A stretch of DNA of 64,000 bases, taken from contig CAZMZH010000001.1 of assembly GCA_964570665.1 (NCBI GenBank), positions 210 through 64,209 of the forward strand. The letters run 5' to 3'. The number at the start of each line of letters is the position of its first letter. The stretch's first letter is position 1. The notes under the pieces were generated by a model. The model had not been told where the DNA came from. It searched no databases and worked only from the letters and a program-made list of their open reading frames with translations. This document shows positions 18,374 to 28,452 of the stretch, piece by piece. Origin of the DNA: an uncultured Nitrospinota bacterium (GTDB lineage: Bacteria > Nitrospinota > Nitrospinia > Nitrospinales > JAJDAT01). The position numbers and the translations under genes were made by a program.

Positions 18374-19852
18374 TTAATCTCCCAACATTTTTCCCGCTTT
18401 TATCTCTCCTAAATATTTTCTAGCCATGAAATAATTCGGATCTATAATTACAGCCGCTTGAAATTCGCTACGCGCCGCTCCAAGCAAATTTTGCGCGTAA
18501 TAAACTCCCCCCAAATTATAATGTCCATCTGCAAAATTTGGATTTATTCGAACAGCCTCAATAAAATGATCTTTGGCTTTCGTCAACTGTCCTCTCTTAA
18601 AATATTCGCCTCCCAGGTAATTATGGGCCAAGTAATTATCCGCAGTAACTTCGATAGCTCTTTGAAATAAGATTTCGCTATTTCTCCAGTTTTGAGTTTG
18701 ATTATGCGCTAAGAGCATAAATACAACAAGCCCTATCCCACCCAAAACACCAGCCGGTAATCTAGCTTTAGAATAACTAAAAATTCCCCAACAACAAAAA
18801 ACTGAAAGTCCTATATAGGGTAAATAACTATATCTATCGGCGACGAAATGCCCGCCTATTTTGACTAAACCAATCACTGGAACGAGCATACCCAAGAATA
18901 ACAACCATCCAATTAGCAAATGAGGTTGGGAATGCAATCGCCAAATAGCAAAAACGGAAATTGCAATTAATGTCACCGCCGCAATAACTAATTTTTCTAC
19001 AGGCCAGGCTACTTGTGGATATGGGTAAAGAAACGCTAAATGACTCGGCCAAAAAAACTGAATCAAATAAGTCCAATATCCTTGAACGGCAATCGTCAGT
19101 TTTTCATAGAGAGTTTGATCGTTAAGGGCTCCGGCATCCTTTTGCCCCATATAAGCAATCGCGCTTGCTACTCCAGACAATAAAAAGAGAGGAATTTTTT
19201 CGGTAATCAATCCCAAAAACCGATTATTAATTCTTAAATAGCTCGCGGATCTATTTAACGGCCAATAATCTAACAAGATTAAAACACATGGCAGGGTAAC
19301 GGCCATTGGCTTCGACATGAGCGCCAAAGCAAAGCTTAAAAACAACCAAGCATAACGAGTTTTATTAGGTTGATCAGAATATCTAATATATAACCCGATC
19401 GTAATTATCCAAAAAAAACCGCACAAAATATCCTTACGTTCGGCAATCCACGCCACAGACTCTACATGCATTGGGTGAACTAGAAAAATACCCGCCGTAA
19501 AAAAGGAAGGCCAAATATCTTTCGTCATTTTTCGTAAAACATGAAAAATCAGTAGTCCAGTAATGATGTGAAAAAAAACGTTCATTAAATGATGACCCCT
19601 TGGGTCAAAACCAAACGCTCTACAATCTAATATATGGGAAATCCAAGTTATGGGATGCCAATTACCCGTATCAAGCGAAGTAAATGCCCATCGAATATTG
19701 TCCAAAAATTCTCCTTCGCATACATGAGGATTTTTGGTTACGTAGACGTTATCGTCGTAGTTGACAAATTCGAAAGACACAACGTCTCTATAGGCAATTC
19801 CGGTAATTAATACCAAAATAAAATACAAAAAAAATATGCGTTGCAGACTCAT
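18374..19852 (-). CDS. Multi-pass membrane glycosyltransferase-like protein with C-terminal TPR repeats (PMT_2/DUF1736, TMTC-like architecture)
   Basis: About 380 aa of polytopic membrane domain (VNYDDNVYV, HLMNVFFH, ERKDIL motifs typical of TMTC/ArnT-like GT-C enzymes). It is followed by TPR units (AHNYLGGEYFKRGQLTKAKDHFIEAVRINPNFADGHYNLGGVYY). Confidence 0.6.
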   Translation of the reverse strand: MSLQRIFFLYFILVLITGIAYRDVVSFEFVNYDDNVYVTKNPHVCEGEFLDNIRWAFTSLDTGNWHPITWISHILDCRAFGFDPRGHHLMNVFFHIITGLLIFHVLRKMTKDIWPSFFTAGIFLVHPMHVESVAWIAERKDILCGFFWIITIGLYIRYSDQPNKTRYAWLFLSFALALMSKPMAVTLPCVLILLDYWPLNRSASYLRINNRFLGLITEKIPLFLLSGVASAIAYMGQKDAGALNDQTLYEKLTIAVQGYWTYLIQFFWPSHLAFLYPYPQVAWPVEKLVIAAVTLIAISVFAIWRLHSQPHLLIGWLLFLGMLVPVIGLVKIGGHFVADRYSYLPYIGLSVFCCWGIFSYSKARLPAGVLGGIGLVVFMLLAHNQTQNWRNSEILFQRAIEVTADNYLAHNYLGGEYFKRGQLTKAKDHFIEAVRINPNFADGHYNLGGVYYAQNLLGAARSEFQAAVIIDPNYFMARKYLGEIKAGKMLGD

Positions 19853-20105
19853 AAATTATTAAACCAAATCAAAGAAAATGCTTTCCCCCGTCGGAAGCGC
19901 TATTTTGAAGCGTTATTTCCTACCATTATATTTAGTAAACTAAATTTTGTATTTCTGGAAGTTTATGGGTCGCAAGGGTATAATGGCGCCTTATTCTTAG
20001 CGGCTATTTTCCTTTTTACTCAAAATATAATAATAAAAGTTTTGATTTCAGACTTAGCAAAAGTTAAGTTGTAAATTTTTCAATCGTCCGAGGCTCTCAG
20101 AAACT

Positions 20106-20648
20106 TTGAACTCTTCAATGAATATCGTTTTAATTGGTTATCGGGGAACCGGCAAATCCACCATAGCTAGAATAATATCCCAAAAATTAAATAAAAAATT
20201 ATACGTCCTGGACGCTTTAATCTCTTATTCGGCTGGAATGTCTATTCAAAAAATCGTAGCAAAATGGGGTTGGGCCCGGTTCAGAGAAATGGAAACTTTC
20301 CAGATAAAGCATGTGGCCAACAAAGCGGAAAATGCCATCATTGACTGCGGAGGCGGCGTCGTCCTAAACCCTGATAACATAAGTTGTTTAAAAGAAAATG
20401 GCAAAATTATTTTACTTTCAGCCCCCATTGAAATTATTTTAAAACGGATTCGACCAGATTCCAACCGCCCCGCTCTCAAAGCTGGTTTAAGTTTTGAGGA
20501 CGAGCAAAAACAAGTTTTGGAAGAAAGAGAACCTCTTTATCAAAAAGCTGCCGATTTAGTTTTCGAAACTTCCTCTGGTTCCGCCGAAGAAAAAGCAGAC
20601 CAAATTATCCAATCCATTACAGAAAACGGTTGGTTTCCTAATGCTTAG
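20106..20648 (+). CDS. aroK: Shikimate kinase
   Basis: NIVLIGYRGTGKSTIARIISQKL (P-loop), IIDCGGGVV, and size about 175 aa. The start is TTG 20106 or ATG 20118. Confidence 0.85.
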   Translation: MNSSMNIVLIGYRGTGKSTIARIISQKLNKKLYVLDALISYSAGMSIQKIVAKWGWARFREMETFQIKHVANKAENAIIDCGGGVVLNPDNISCLKENGKIILLSAPIEIILKRIRPDSNRPALKAGLSFEDEQKQVLEEREPLYQKAADLVFETSSGSAEEKADQIIQSITENGWFPNA

Positions 20649-21429
20649 TCCTTATTTTATAGGCTTAGTTGAAAATAGTCTAACGCCCATTACAGAAATT
20701 TCCGAAGATACGGCCATGGTAGTAGACGAGCGGAAAGTTTTTGATATCTCGGAAACCGATGGCGACGTTAATTTAAAGCTTCAACTAAACCAAAAAGAAG
20801 TCAACCTGGAAGAATTGGGTTTTTTATTAAAATATCCCAAAGTTCGCCGAGTCCAGCTTCTTGAGTTGGACAAAAACGAATTCTTCGACGAAGGCATTCA
20901 ACTCATCGCAACCGCTCCTCTATTAGAAAACCTCGTAGGCTTGTCGTTAGCGTCTAATGAAATTTCCGATAAGGGATTAAGCTACCTAGCCGACTCTACA
21001 ACGTTAAAAAGCCTTTCGGCTTTGTATTTGCAAAAAAATCAGTTCGGCCTTGCGGGCCTTGAAGAACTCGCTTCTTCTAAAACGCTCTCCGGTTTAAATC
21101 TACTTTATTTGAAAGGAAATCCATTTGGAGCCGATGGCGCAAAAATTTTAGCCGAAACTTCCCAATGGAGCTCCTTAAAACAATTATATTTGCATGGATG
21201 CAAAATACACGATCAAGGACTTCAATATCTTTGCAATTCGTCTCTTTTAAAATCAGTCGAAGAGCTCAATATATCCTTTAACCAATTGACAGATTCTGCC
21301 GTCGACATCCTAATCGAATCGAAAGTTGAATTATCCATACTAGATATTGCCGTAAACCAAATTAAAGAGTCCAATATTCAACGCTTAAAAACTTGCGGCC
21401 AATTCAAGACGGTCCTCATAGGACAATGA
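20641..21429 (+). CDS. Leucine-rich repeat protein, RNI type (third paralog)
   Basis: LASNEISDKGLSYLADS, LQKNQFGLAGLEELASS, LKGNPFGADGAKILAETS, LHGCKIHDQGLQYLCNS. The start overlaps the aroK stop by 8 nt. Confidence 0.8.
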   Translation: MLSPYFIGLVENSLTPITEISEDTAMVVDERKVFDISETDGDVNLKLQLNQKEVNLEELGFLLKYPKVRRVQLLELDKNEFFDEGIQLIATAPLLENLVGLSLASNEISDKGLSYLADSTTLKSLSALYLQKNQFGLAGLEELASSKTLSGLNLLYLKGNPFGADGAKILAETSQWSSLKQLYLHGCKIHDQGLQYLCNSSLLKSVEELNISFNQLTDSAVDILIESKVELSILDIAVNQIKESNIQRLKTCGQFKTVLIGQ

Positions 21430-22082
21430 GCGAAACCAAATCGCAGAAGTACATTCCCCATAAATTCCCCAGCCATAAAACGATTCAAAATCATTTCAAT
21501 AAACGCGATAAGGCTATGGCCAAAATCATTAAGCAGGTTGGCCCAATTCAATTGAGACAAAATAAAAAATACTTCTTTGTGCTCTGTCGCTCCATAATAT
21601 CTCAACAAATATCTGTAAAAGCCGCCGACGCTATAATGTCTAGATTCATGAAACTATTTCTCAATCAAAACCCCACTCCGCAACGCGTTCACGAAACGCC
21701 CGATTCTAAAATACGGGAAGCGGGACTTTCCAAACAAAAAGTCGCCTACATGAAAGATTTGAGCGAAAAGTTTCTCAATAAATCAATCAATCCAAGAAAA
21801 TTTCAATTTATGAAAAATGAGGAAGTTATTGAAAATCTGACTCAAGTCTATGGCGTTGGACGATGGACCGCGGAAATGTTTCTAATTTTTTCTTTGGGAA
21901 GACCGGATATATTTCCTGTGGGAGATCTAGGGGTAAGAATCGCTATTCAAAAAATCTATAAATTAGAAACACAACCTTCCGCTAAAGATTTAAAACCTTA
22001 TGGAGAAAAATGGACGCCATTTGAAACCGTTGGCACATGGTATTGCTGGAGAAGTTTGAACCCTAAAATCGTCGCCTACTAA
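21426..22082 (+). CDS. DNA-3-methyladenine glycosylase II family (HhH-GPD, AlkA-like)
   Basis: SQQISVKAADAIMSRF, then the HhH-GPD block LTQVYGVGRWTAEMFLIFSLGRPDIFPVGDLGVR. ATG 21426 overlaps the LRR stop (ATGA). Confidence 0.8.
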   Translation: MSETKSQKYIPHKFPSHKTIQNHFNKRDKAMAKIIKQVGPIQLRQNKKYFFVLCRSIISQQISVKAADAIMSRFMKLFLNQNPTPQRVHETPDSKIREAGLSKQKVAYMKDLSEKFLNKSINPRKFQFMKNEEVIENLTQVYGVGRWTAEMFLIFSLGRPDIFPVGDLGVRIAIQKIYKLETQPSAKDLKPYGEKWTPFETVGTWYCWRSLNPKIVAY

Positions 22083-22096
22083 AACAAGGAGTTCGT

Positions 22097-22729
22097 ATGA
22101 ATTTCGTAGATGAAAAAATAGAAAACTACGCTTTTGAACACACTGAAAACGAAGGCGGGCTTCTCGCCCGACTGCAAAAAGAGACTTATGAGCAATTAGA
22201 AATTCCGCAAATGGTCACAGGCAGAATCGAAGGACAGTTTTTGCGATTCCTCGCTCTATCCATCCAAGCAAAACGAATTTTAGAAGTTGGAACTTTTAGC
22301 GGCTATGGAACTCTTTCGATGGCTAGCGCTTTACCAGAAGACGGCGAGATATTTACCTGCGATGAAGATCCCGATGCCATAGCGTTTGCGAAACGATTTT
22401 TTAGCGAAAGTCCGCATGGTTCGAAGGTGCGACTTTTGGAAGGCCTCGCATTAGAATCGATCAAAACTCTTTCTCCTCCATTGGATATGAGTTTCATCGA
22501 TGCCGACAAGGTGAACTACACGAACTATTATGAAGCGATAATGCCATTAACAAGACCGGGTGGATTAATTATTGTAGACAACGTTCTTTGGGGCGGATCT
22601 GTGCTCAACCCAAAAGACGAATCCGATAAAGCAATTCATGCATTCAACGAACATGTAAAATCGGACAATAGAGTAGATAAGGTTTTGTTAACCATTCGAG
22701 ACGGAGTTTATTGCCTAAGAAAACGATAA
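22097..22729 (+). CDS. Class I SAM-dependent O-methyltransferase (caffeoyl-CoA OMT / family 3 type)
   Basis: ILEVGTFSGYGTLSMA (SAM motif I), FIDADKVNY, LTRPGGLIIVDNVLWGGSV. Confidence 0.8.
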   Translation: MNFVDEKIENYAFEHTENEGGLLARLQKETYEQLEIPQMVTGRIEGQFLRFLALSIQAKRILEVGTFSGYGTLSMASALPEDGEIFTCDEDPDAIAFAKRFFSESPHGSKVRLLEGLALESIKTLSPPLDMSFIDADKVNYTNYYEAIMPLTRPGGLIIVDNVLWGGSVLNPKDESDKAIHAFNEHVKSDNRVDKVLLTIRDGVYCLRKR

Positions 22730-22807
22730 ACCGTTCATTCATTTTTTAGCGAATCTCAATTCTTTAGAGAATACGCCCTATTTCACCATTCCAAAATTTA
22801 TAAAAGT

Positions 22808-23653
22808 ATGTTTATAATAAAGGAACGGGTAAAAAACAGGTTTTTTAAAAATTGGATCGCTTCAAAAATGACAAAATCATTTGCAAATAAGCACGTCCTA
22901 GTCGCGGAAAACGCAGAACCCATTCGGCAATTGATCGTATGGGAATTGGAATCTATGGGATTTAATCCCAAAAATATTTACGAAGCGGATAACGGAATAG
23001 AAGCCGTTAATTTGCTCCTAAAAAATGAATTAGATTTAATTCTTTCAGAATTCAGCCTACCCAAAATGGACGGATTAACCTTCCTGCAAAAAGTCCGCTC
23101 CCTTAAAAACTCTTCGTTAACTCCATTTTTAATGATGACTGGAGAAAGCGATACCAATAAAGAAAACCAAGCCTTCGAATCGGGAGCCGACCAGTTTATT
23201 CAAAAACCGTTTCAGAAAAAAATATTTCATGAAACAATTGCCAAACTTTTAATTCCTCAAAATCAATTCGAACGCAAAAAAGTTCTGATTGTAGAAGATT
23301 CTCCAACGATTCGAAACGTAATCGCTAAAAATTTAGTTCAAACCGGTTTCAACGAAGGAAATATATTAGTATCCTCAAACGGCGAGGAAGGAATCAAAGC
23401 TCTTAAAACTGAGACCGTTAGTTTGATTATATTGGATTGGCATATGCCCGTAATGAATGGTTTTGAATTTACTCAAATAGTACGAAATAAATTTTCAAAG
23501 GAAGAATTACCCATTTTAATGGTCTCCAACGAGAACGATAAAGGGAAAGTCATCCAAATTTTTCAAAAAGGAATAAACGCTTATATCATCAAACCTTTCA
23601 CCGCCATCGACATTGAAACAAAAATAAAAAGCATTTTTCCCGATTCGCAATAA
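22808..23653 (+). CDS. Response regulator with two tandem receiver domains and no output domain
   Basis: VLVAENAEP...DLILSEFSLPKMDG and VLIVEDSPT...LIILDWHMPVMNG. An alternative start is ATG 22868. Confidence 0.8.
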   Translation: MFIIKERVKNRFFKNWIASKMTKSFANKHVLVAENAEPIRQLIVWELESMGFNPKNIYEADNGIEAVNLLLKNELDLILSEFSLPKMDGLTFLQKVRSLKNSSLTPFLMMTGESDTNKENQAFESGADQFIQKPFQKKIFHETIAKLLIPQNQFERKKVLIVEDSPTIRNVIAKNLVQTGFNEGNILVSSNGEEGIKALKTETVSLIILDWHMPVMNGFEFTQIVRNKFSKEELPILMVSNENDKGKVIQIFQKGINAYIIKPFTAIDIETKIKSIFPDSQ

Positions 23654-23775
23654 AATAAAAGTTTTGCCTTTTTTAGAGGGTTATGTAGACTATCTCTGCT
23701 AATTTTCAACTTTGATACAATTGCAAAATTTTCGTTTCAAATACAACGTCACATAACAACCTTTGAGGAAATGTA

Positions 23776-24255
23776 ATGGCAGAAACGCTTGGAAGTTTAG
23801 TCGACAAACTTTCCATTAAGAATTTAAGGATTTGGCACATAGACGAAGCTATAGAATCGGACGAAACTTCCGAATCTAAAAAGGAAGAATTACGCGCCAA
23901 GAAGGAACTGGCCGTAAAGCAATGCGAAGAATTGATGGAAGAAATCAATCAATTCACCGCTTTAGCGATAGAAGGCAAAATTAAAATTCGCGATCAAAAA
24001 TTAAAAATGTATCAAAACCATGCCGCGAAAGATATTGGGGAACTAAAGGATTTGGGGAAAGCCGTTAGCGAATTAGCAAATCGAAACATTCGCCTGTGGC
24101 ACCTTGAAGACGAAGTAAGAAGAACGGATATCCCAGACGCCGAAGTAGTAGCCTGCAAACGTAAAATTGACGGAACCAATCAGGAAAGAAACGACTTAAT
24201 GGATAAAGTCGATGAAATTTTAGAAACACATTCCAAAAATGTTAAAACCAATTAA
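23776..24255 (+). CDS. Hypothetical protein, possibly DUF4254-like, with an internally duplicated N.R.WH..DE motif
   Basis: LSIKNLRIWHIDEAIES and LANRNIRLWHLEDEVRR about 90 aa apart. The family assignment is from memory only. Confidence 0.4.
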   Translation: MAETLGSLVDKLSIKNLRIWHIDEAIESDETSESKKEELRAKKELAVKQCEELMEEINQFTALAIEGKIKIRDQKLKMYQNHAAKDIGELKDLGKAVSELANRNIRLWHLEDEVRRTDIPDAEVVACKRKIDGTNQERNDLMDKVDEILETHSKNVKTN

Positions 24256-24311
24256 CCAAGAAACTGAAGAAACCGGTTTTTTAACGAATCACCGCTTAAC
24301 TCTGAAGTTAC

Positions 24312-24339
24312 GACCTAAAATTGCAGGTCTTTTTTATTT
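24312..24339 (+). terminator. Weak intrinsic terminator after 23776..24255
   Basis: gacct-aaaattgc-aggtc followed by ttttttattt. Confidence 0.35.
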
Positions 24340-24515
24340 GGGTATTGGAACTAACTATTTGTCCCTTTTTATTTTGCCATAGCCATTCAAACAACCACTC
24401 TTTGATACTTTCAAAATTTCAAACAAACTTTCAAGCGGTATCCAAAATACACTTCGAATATTTTTATATAAAATCTAGTTTTCATTCTTGAAATCAATTA
24501 GAGAATTCTAATATT

Positions 24516-25673
24516 TCATTTGTTTTGTATTTCACGAGAGATGGATGAAATACCAATGACTACCCCCTCGCTATTTTTCATTGCATTGACATTTAAAGCA
24601 ACATCAATAACGGAACCATTCTTAACTATTCTTTTAGTTTCAAAAAGATCAACTGTCTTATTGCGTCTTATATCCCATTGAATAGCTTTAGCTTCATCTA
24701 ACAATTCATCAGGGATCAATAAAGAAATATTACAACCTTTGGCTTCCATAGCGGAGTAACCATAAATTTTCTCTGCTCCCTGGTTCCAATTCATAATAAT
24801 TCCATCCAAGCTTACACTGATGATGGCGTCGTTAGAATTCCCTAATATTAAATTTAACGTCGATTCCATATCTTCAATATTAATTTTAACTTGATCCGCC
24901 ATATTTAAAAATGCGGCGGCAACTTCTCCAAATTCGTCTGCAGAGTTGGTTTCTAAATTAAAAAAATAGTTGTTTTTAGCCACTTGAATAGCGGCATTCT
25001 TTAACTGGAGGAGAGGAATCACCAAAGAACGATACAATAAAAATAAAACTATTATGGAAACTAAAAATGAAATTCCCCAGAGATAATACGTAAATATTTT
25101 AACTTGATTAGAATGCATCTCTCCTATCTTATTTATCTCGTCCGACTTTAATTGTCTTTCTTTTATTACTTTGTCAATTAAGAAAATCAATTCATCGTCA
25201 AATTGTTTTTCAAAATATTTCTCATAATATTCTGGGGAAATACGTTCATTAAGAGCCAATTTAGATTGAACCAACTTATCAAGAGTCGCGATTAAACTTT
25301 TCGTCCTTTTCTTTAAAATTTGAAATTGATAGATTTCTTTATTTTTTTTTAATTCGGCCAAGCTATTAAAAATGGTTTTCTGACTTAAAGTAATTACCTC
25401 TAACTCCGTGATAATTTTTAAAATTTCTATTTTAAAAAATTCGTACTCCTCACGCTGTTTTTCCCCTAAAACCATTAGATCTGACGCCTCTTTAACAACG
25501 CCTTGCAATTGTGATTTCAAACTCATCAAAAGAAACGCTTGATTATTCGATAACATTATTCTTTCTCTATTTCCATCGGCCTCTCGATTTAATTCTAAAA
25601 GTTTAATTCCAAAAAGAGCGGCCAAAGTTGCTATCAAAATAAGAATAATTAAAAATTTTACTTTAATGCTCAT
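24516..25673 (-). CDS. Membrane sensor protein: N-terminal TM, long helical extracytoplasmic region, second TM, HAMP, PAS; no output domain
   Basis: HAMP-like PLLQLKNAAIQVAKNNYFFNLETNSADEFGEVAAAFLNMA. PAS-like DAIISVSLDGIIMNWNQGAEKIYGYSAMEAKG. Confidence 0.65.
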   Translation of the reverse strand: MSIKVKFLIILILIATLAALFGIKLLELNREADGNRERIMLSNNQAFLLMSLKSQLQGVVKEASDLMVLGEKQREEYEFFKIEILKIITELEVITLSQKTIFNSLAELKKNKEIYQFQILKKRTKSLIATLDKLVQSKLALNERISPEYYEKYFEKQFDDELIFLIDKVIKERQLKSDEINKIGEMHSNQVKIFTYYLWGISFLVSIIVLFLLYRSLVIPLLQLKNAAIQVAKNNYFFNLETNSADEFGEVAAAFLNMADQVKINIEDMESTLNLILGNSNDAIISVSLDGIIMNWNQGAEKIYGYSAMEAKGCNISLLIPDELLDEAKAIQWDIRRNKTVDLFETKRIVKNGSVIDVALNVNAMKNSEGVVIGISSISREIQNK

Positions 25674-25769
25674 CCAACTTTCTTTTCTTAAATAAATTTA
25701 AGTAAGCCTAGCGATAAAAACTCTTATCCCCAAAAATCAAAAATAGAGTCAAAAAATAAACAAAAAATT

Positions 25770-27221
25770 TTATTGATTATCTAGCTTATTTTTAACCGAA
25801 CTCCAATACTCTTCATTCGTTTTATAAAAATGCACTAGCATACGTTCTTGAATTTTTTTGTCGGCAGATCCGAGAGAATCCGCAATATTCGAAGTAAGGC
25901 GCTCTTTCTGGTCTTCCGTCATAATTTCAAAAAGGTTTCCGGCCTGAGAATAATTATCATTGCCATCGCGGTGATCAAACCGGTCCAGAGCTTCTGGCGA
26001 AAGTTTGAGAGGAGGTTCCCTATACTTCGAATCGCTTTCCGGGTGATCCATTCCATCTAATTTTGTGTTGTCGTAAGTACCGTAATTCTTTTTCCCATTC
26101 TGGTAGGGACACATTTGACCATCGCGCTGATAATTATTAACTTCACTTGAGTGAGGACGGTTAACCTCAAGAGAGTTATAGTTTGCGCCAAGACGATATC
26201 TTTGTGCGTCTGGATATGCAATTAAACGAGCTTGTAACATTTTGTCGGGACTTGGCCCAATACCAGGAACAAAGTTTGAAGGAGAAAAGGCGCTTTGCTC
26301 GACCTCTGCAAAATAATTTTCAGGATTCCTATTAAGTTCCAGTTGGCCAACTTCAATAAGAGGATATTTTTTATGAGGCCAAACCTTGGTAAGATCAAAG
26401 GTCCAAGGAGTTTTATCGGCATCCAACTCGGGCATTATTTGGGTATAAACAGTCCAAGAAGGAAAGTCTTTCGCTTCGATACTGTTAAAAAGGTCCTCTT
26501 GAGCCGCCCAAGGATTCTTTGGAATAATTATTTCCGACTCCTCATTAGTTAAACATCGAATTCCTTGATTGGTTTTAAAATGCCATTTAAACCAAAACCT
26601 TTTTCCTTTTTCATTCCAAAAACCAAATGTGTGCGATCCGTATCCATTCATAAAGCGGAAGCTTCTGGGAATACCCCTATCGCTAAATAAAATTGTTATC
26701 TGATGCAGAGCTTGAGGATTTTGCGCCCAAAAATCCCAAACCGCATTTGGATCTGTAACGTTCCGCATCGGGCAGCGTTTTTGACTGTGAATAAAATCAG
26801 GAAATTTTATGGGATCTCTTAAAAAGAAAACAGGAGTGTTATTGCCTACTACGTCATAATTCCCTTCTTTAGTATAAAATTTAACCGCAAACCCTCTTGG
26901 ATCGCGAATCATATCTGATGACCCCTGCTCCCCAGCTACGGTACTGAAACGGAGAAAAATTCCCGTTTTTTCTCCCTTTTTCTGAAGGAAATTTGCAACT
27001 GTAAAATCTTTAAAACTTGTAGAAAGAGTAAACATTCCGTATGCTCCAGATCCTCTAGCATGAACAACTCTTTCCGGTATTCGTTCACGATTAAAATGGG
27101 CTAGCTTTTCGATTAAATGATGATCCTGCAAACCTAAAGGACCTCTTGGCCCAAAGGATAAGCTGTTTTCATCGTCACCAATAGGCATCCCTGCGGAAGT
27201 GGTGAGAGGCTTCTTTGGCAT
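25770..27221 (-). CDS. katA: Monofunctional heme catalase
   Basis: FNRERIPERVVHARGSGAYG, RFSTVAGEQGS, RDPRGFAVKFYT, VGNNTPVFF and a 483-aa length are all typical small-subunit catalase blocks. Confidence 0.93.
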   Translation of the reverse strand: MPKKPLTTSAGMPIGDDENSLSFGPRGPLGLQDHHLIEKLAHFNRERIPERVVHARGSGAYGMFTLSTSFKDFTVANFLQKKGEKTGIFLRFSTVAGEQGSSDMIRDPRGFAVKFYTKEGNYDVVGNNTPVFFLRDPIKFPDFIHSQKRCPMRNVTDPNAVWDFWAQNPQALHQITILFSDRGIPRSFRFMNGYGSHTFGFWNEKGKRFWFKWHFKTNQGIRCLTNEESEIIIPKNPWAAQEDLFNSIEAKDFPSWTVYTQIMPELDADKTPWTFDLTKVWPHKKYPLIEVGQLELNRNPENYFAEVEQSAFSPSNFVPGIGPSPDKMLQARLIAYPDAQRYRLGANYNSLEVNRPHSSEVNNYQRDGQMCPYQNGKKNYGTYDNTKLDGMDHPESDSKYREPPLKLSPEALDRFDHRDGNDNYSQAGNLFEIMTEDQKERLTSNIADSLGSADKKIQERMLVHFYKTNEEYWSSVKNKLDNQ

Positions 27222-27314
27222 TTATTTATCTCCTGTTTGACGGTCAATTTTTTTTCTCTATAAATTCGAAACCATTTATGACAGGATTGAACTGATAAAT
27301 AAAATACTCTTTTT

Positions 27315-27340
27315 CTATTAATTGATAGCTATTGCCTATC
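27315..27340. promoter_or_regulatory. Candidate OxyR/LysR operator in the katA-oxyR divergent region
   Basis: ctat-taattg-atag-ctat-tgc-ctatc, i.e. phased ATAG/CTAT half sites including GATAG-N7-CTATC (27324-27340). It resembles the ATAG-N7-CTAT OxyR motif. Confidence 0.4.
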
Positions 27341-27352
27341 AAGGAGGCAACA

Positions 27353-28258
27353 ATGACTTTGACTCAAATTGAATATATTTTGGCTGTTGCCAAAGAAAAA
27401 AGTTTTAGAAAAGCAGCTAAATCTCGGTTTGTAAGCCAACCAACTTTAAGCGCCCAAATTCAAAAATTGGAAGAAGAACTAGGGGTTGTCATATTTGACC
27501 GATCGCAATCGACAAATTCTTTAACCAAAATCGGAGAACTAATTATCCATCAAGCTAAAATGGTTAAAGACGAGGCAGATAGGGTATCGGAAATAGTACA
27601 AGTTCAAAAATATGGACTCGTAGGCGAATTAAATGTTGGGGCAATTCCAACAATATCCCCATATTTAATTCCTATTTTTTTAGATTCTTTTAATAAAAAA
27701 TATCCTAAGCTAGCGCTGAACCTTTCAGAACTGACAACTGAAAATTGCTTAAATCATTTGGTTAACGAGGAAATTGACGTTGCAATTTTAGCTACCAGCG
27801 AGGACAAGAATATTTTTTATCAAGAAAAGCTATACGATGAAGAAATGGTTTTATTTTCTAATAAGGATAACAAGCTTTTAAAAAAGAAGAGCATATCCAC
27901 TAACGACATTTCCGCTGAAGAAATCTGGTTGCTTGAAGAAGGGCATTGCTTGAGGGATGAGATAATTAAAATTTGCGGTTACCGAAATGAGCGTTCTAAA
28001 TACCCCAAGAATCTCAAATTTCAGGTTGGAAACCTGGAGTCTCTTAGACTTTTAGTTCAAGCAAACTTTGGCTATACTCTTTTGCCTTATCTTTCTACTC
28101 TTAAACTAAATCCAAAAGAAAAAAAATTACTGAGGCCTTTTTCCGGTCACAAACCTCAGAGAAGTATTTATCTTACTTTAAGAAAAGGGTACTTAAAAGA
28201 AGCCGCTGTGAAGGCTGTTAAAGCAGAAATTTTGAGTTCAATACCTTTTTTCAAATAA
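27353..28258 (+). CDS. oxyR: LysR-family transcriptional regulator, OxyR-like
   Basis: MTLTQIEYILAVAKEKSFRKAAKSRFVSQPTLSAQIQKLEEELG (wHTH). EEGHCLRDE contains the OxyR redox Cys context. It is divergent from katA. ATG 27353 is preceded by AAGGAGG. Confidence 0.8.
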   Translation: MTLTQIEYILAVAKEKSFRKAAKSRFVSQPTLSAQIQKLEEELGVVIFDRSQSTNSLTKIGELIIHQAKMVKDEADRVSEIVQVQKYGLVGELNVGAIPTISPYLIPIFLDSFNKKYPKLALNLSELTTENCLNHLVNEEIDVAILATSEDKNIFYQEKLYDEEMVLFSNKDNKLLKKKSISTNDISAEEIWLLEEGHCLRDEIIKICGYRNERSKYPKNLKFQVGNLESLRLLVQANFGYTLLPYLSTLKLNPKEKKLLRPFSGHKPQRSIYLTLRKGYLKEAAVKAVKAEILSSIPFFK

Positions 28259-28266
28259 AAAGGTAG

Positions 28267-28452
28267 TTAAACGTTTCCTCTTTTATTTAATTTTTTACCT
28301 CCAAGCCATTGCGTCTCATTATGTTTTTTATACCAAGCATTTAATTCGGGCGATAAGCTGGGGCCAAATGACTGCTGCTCTAAATTAAAAAGTTTATGTT
28401 GGTTACTTTTTCTAATCACAGATCCTGAATTCGATACCTTTCTTTTCATCAT
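28267..28452 (-). CDS. Small basic hypothetical protein
   Basis: 61-aa ORF only, with no motif. Confidence 0.2.
   Translation of the reverse strand: MMKRKVSNSGSVIRKSNQHKLFNLEQQSFGPSLSPELNAWYKKHNETQWLGGKKLNKRGNV

Noticed and set aside
19841-20074. 77-aa ORF upstream of aroK
   Set aside because: It starts inside the glycosyltransferase gene's 5' end on the opposite strand. It is hydrophobic and low-complexity with no SD.
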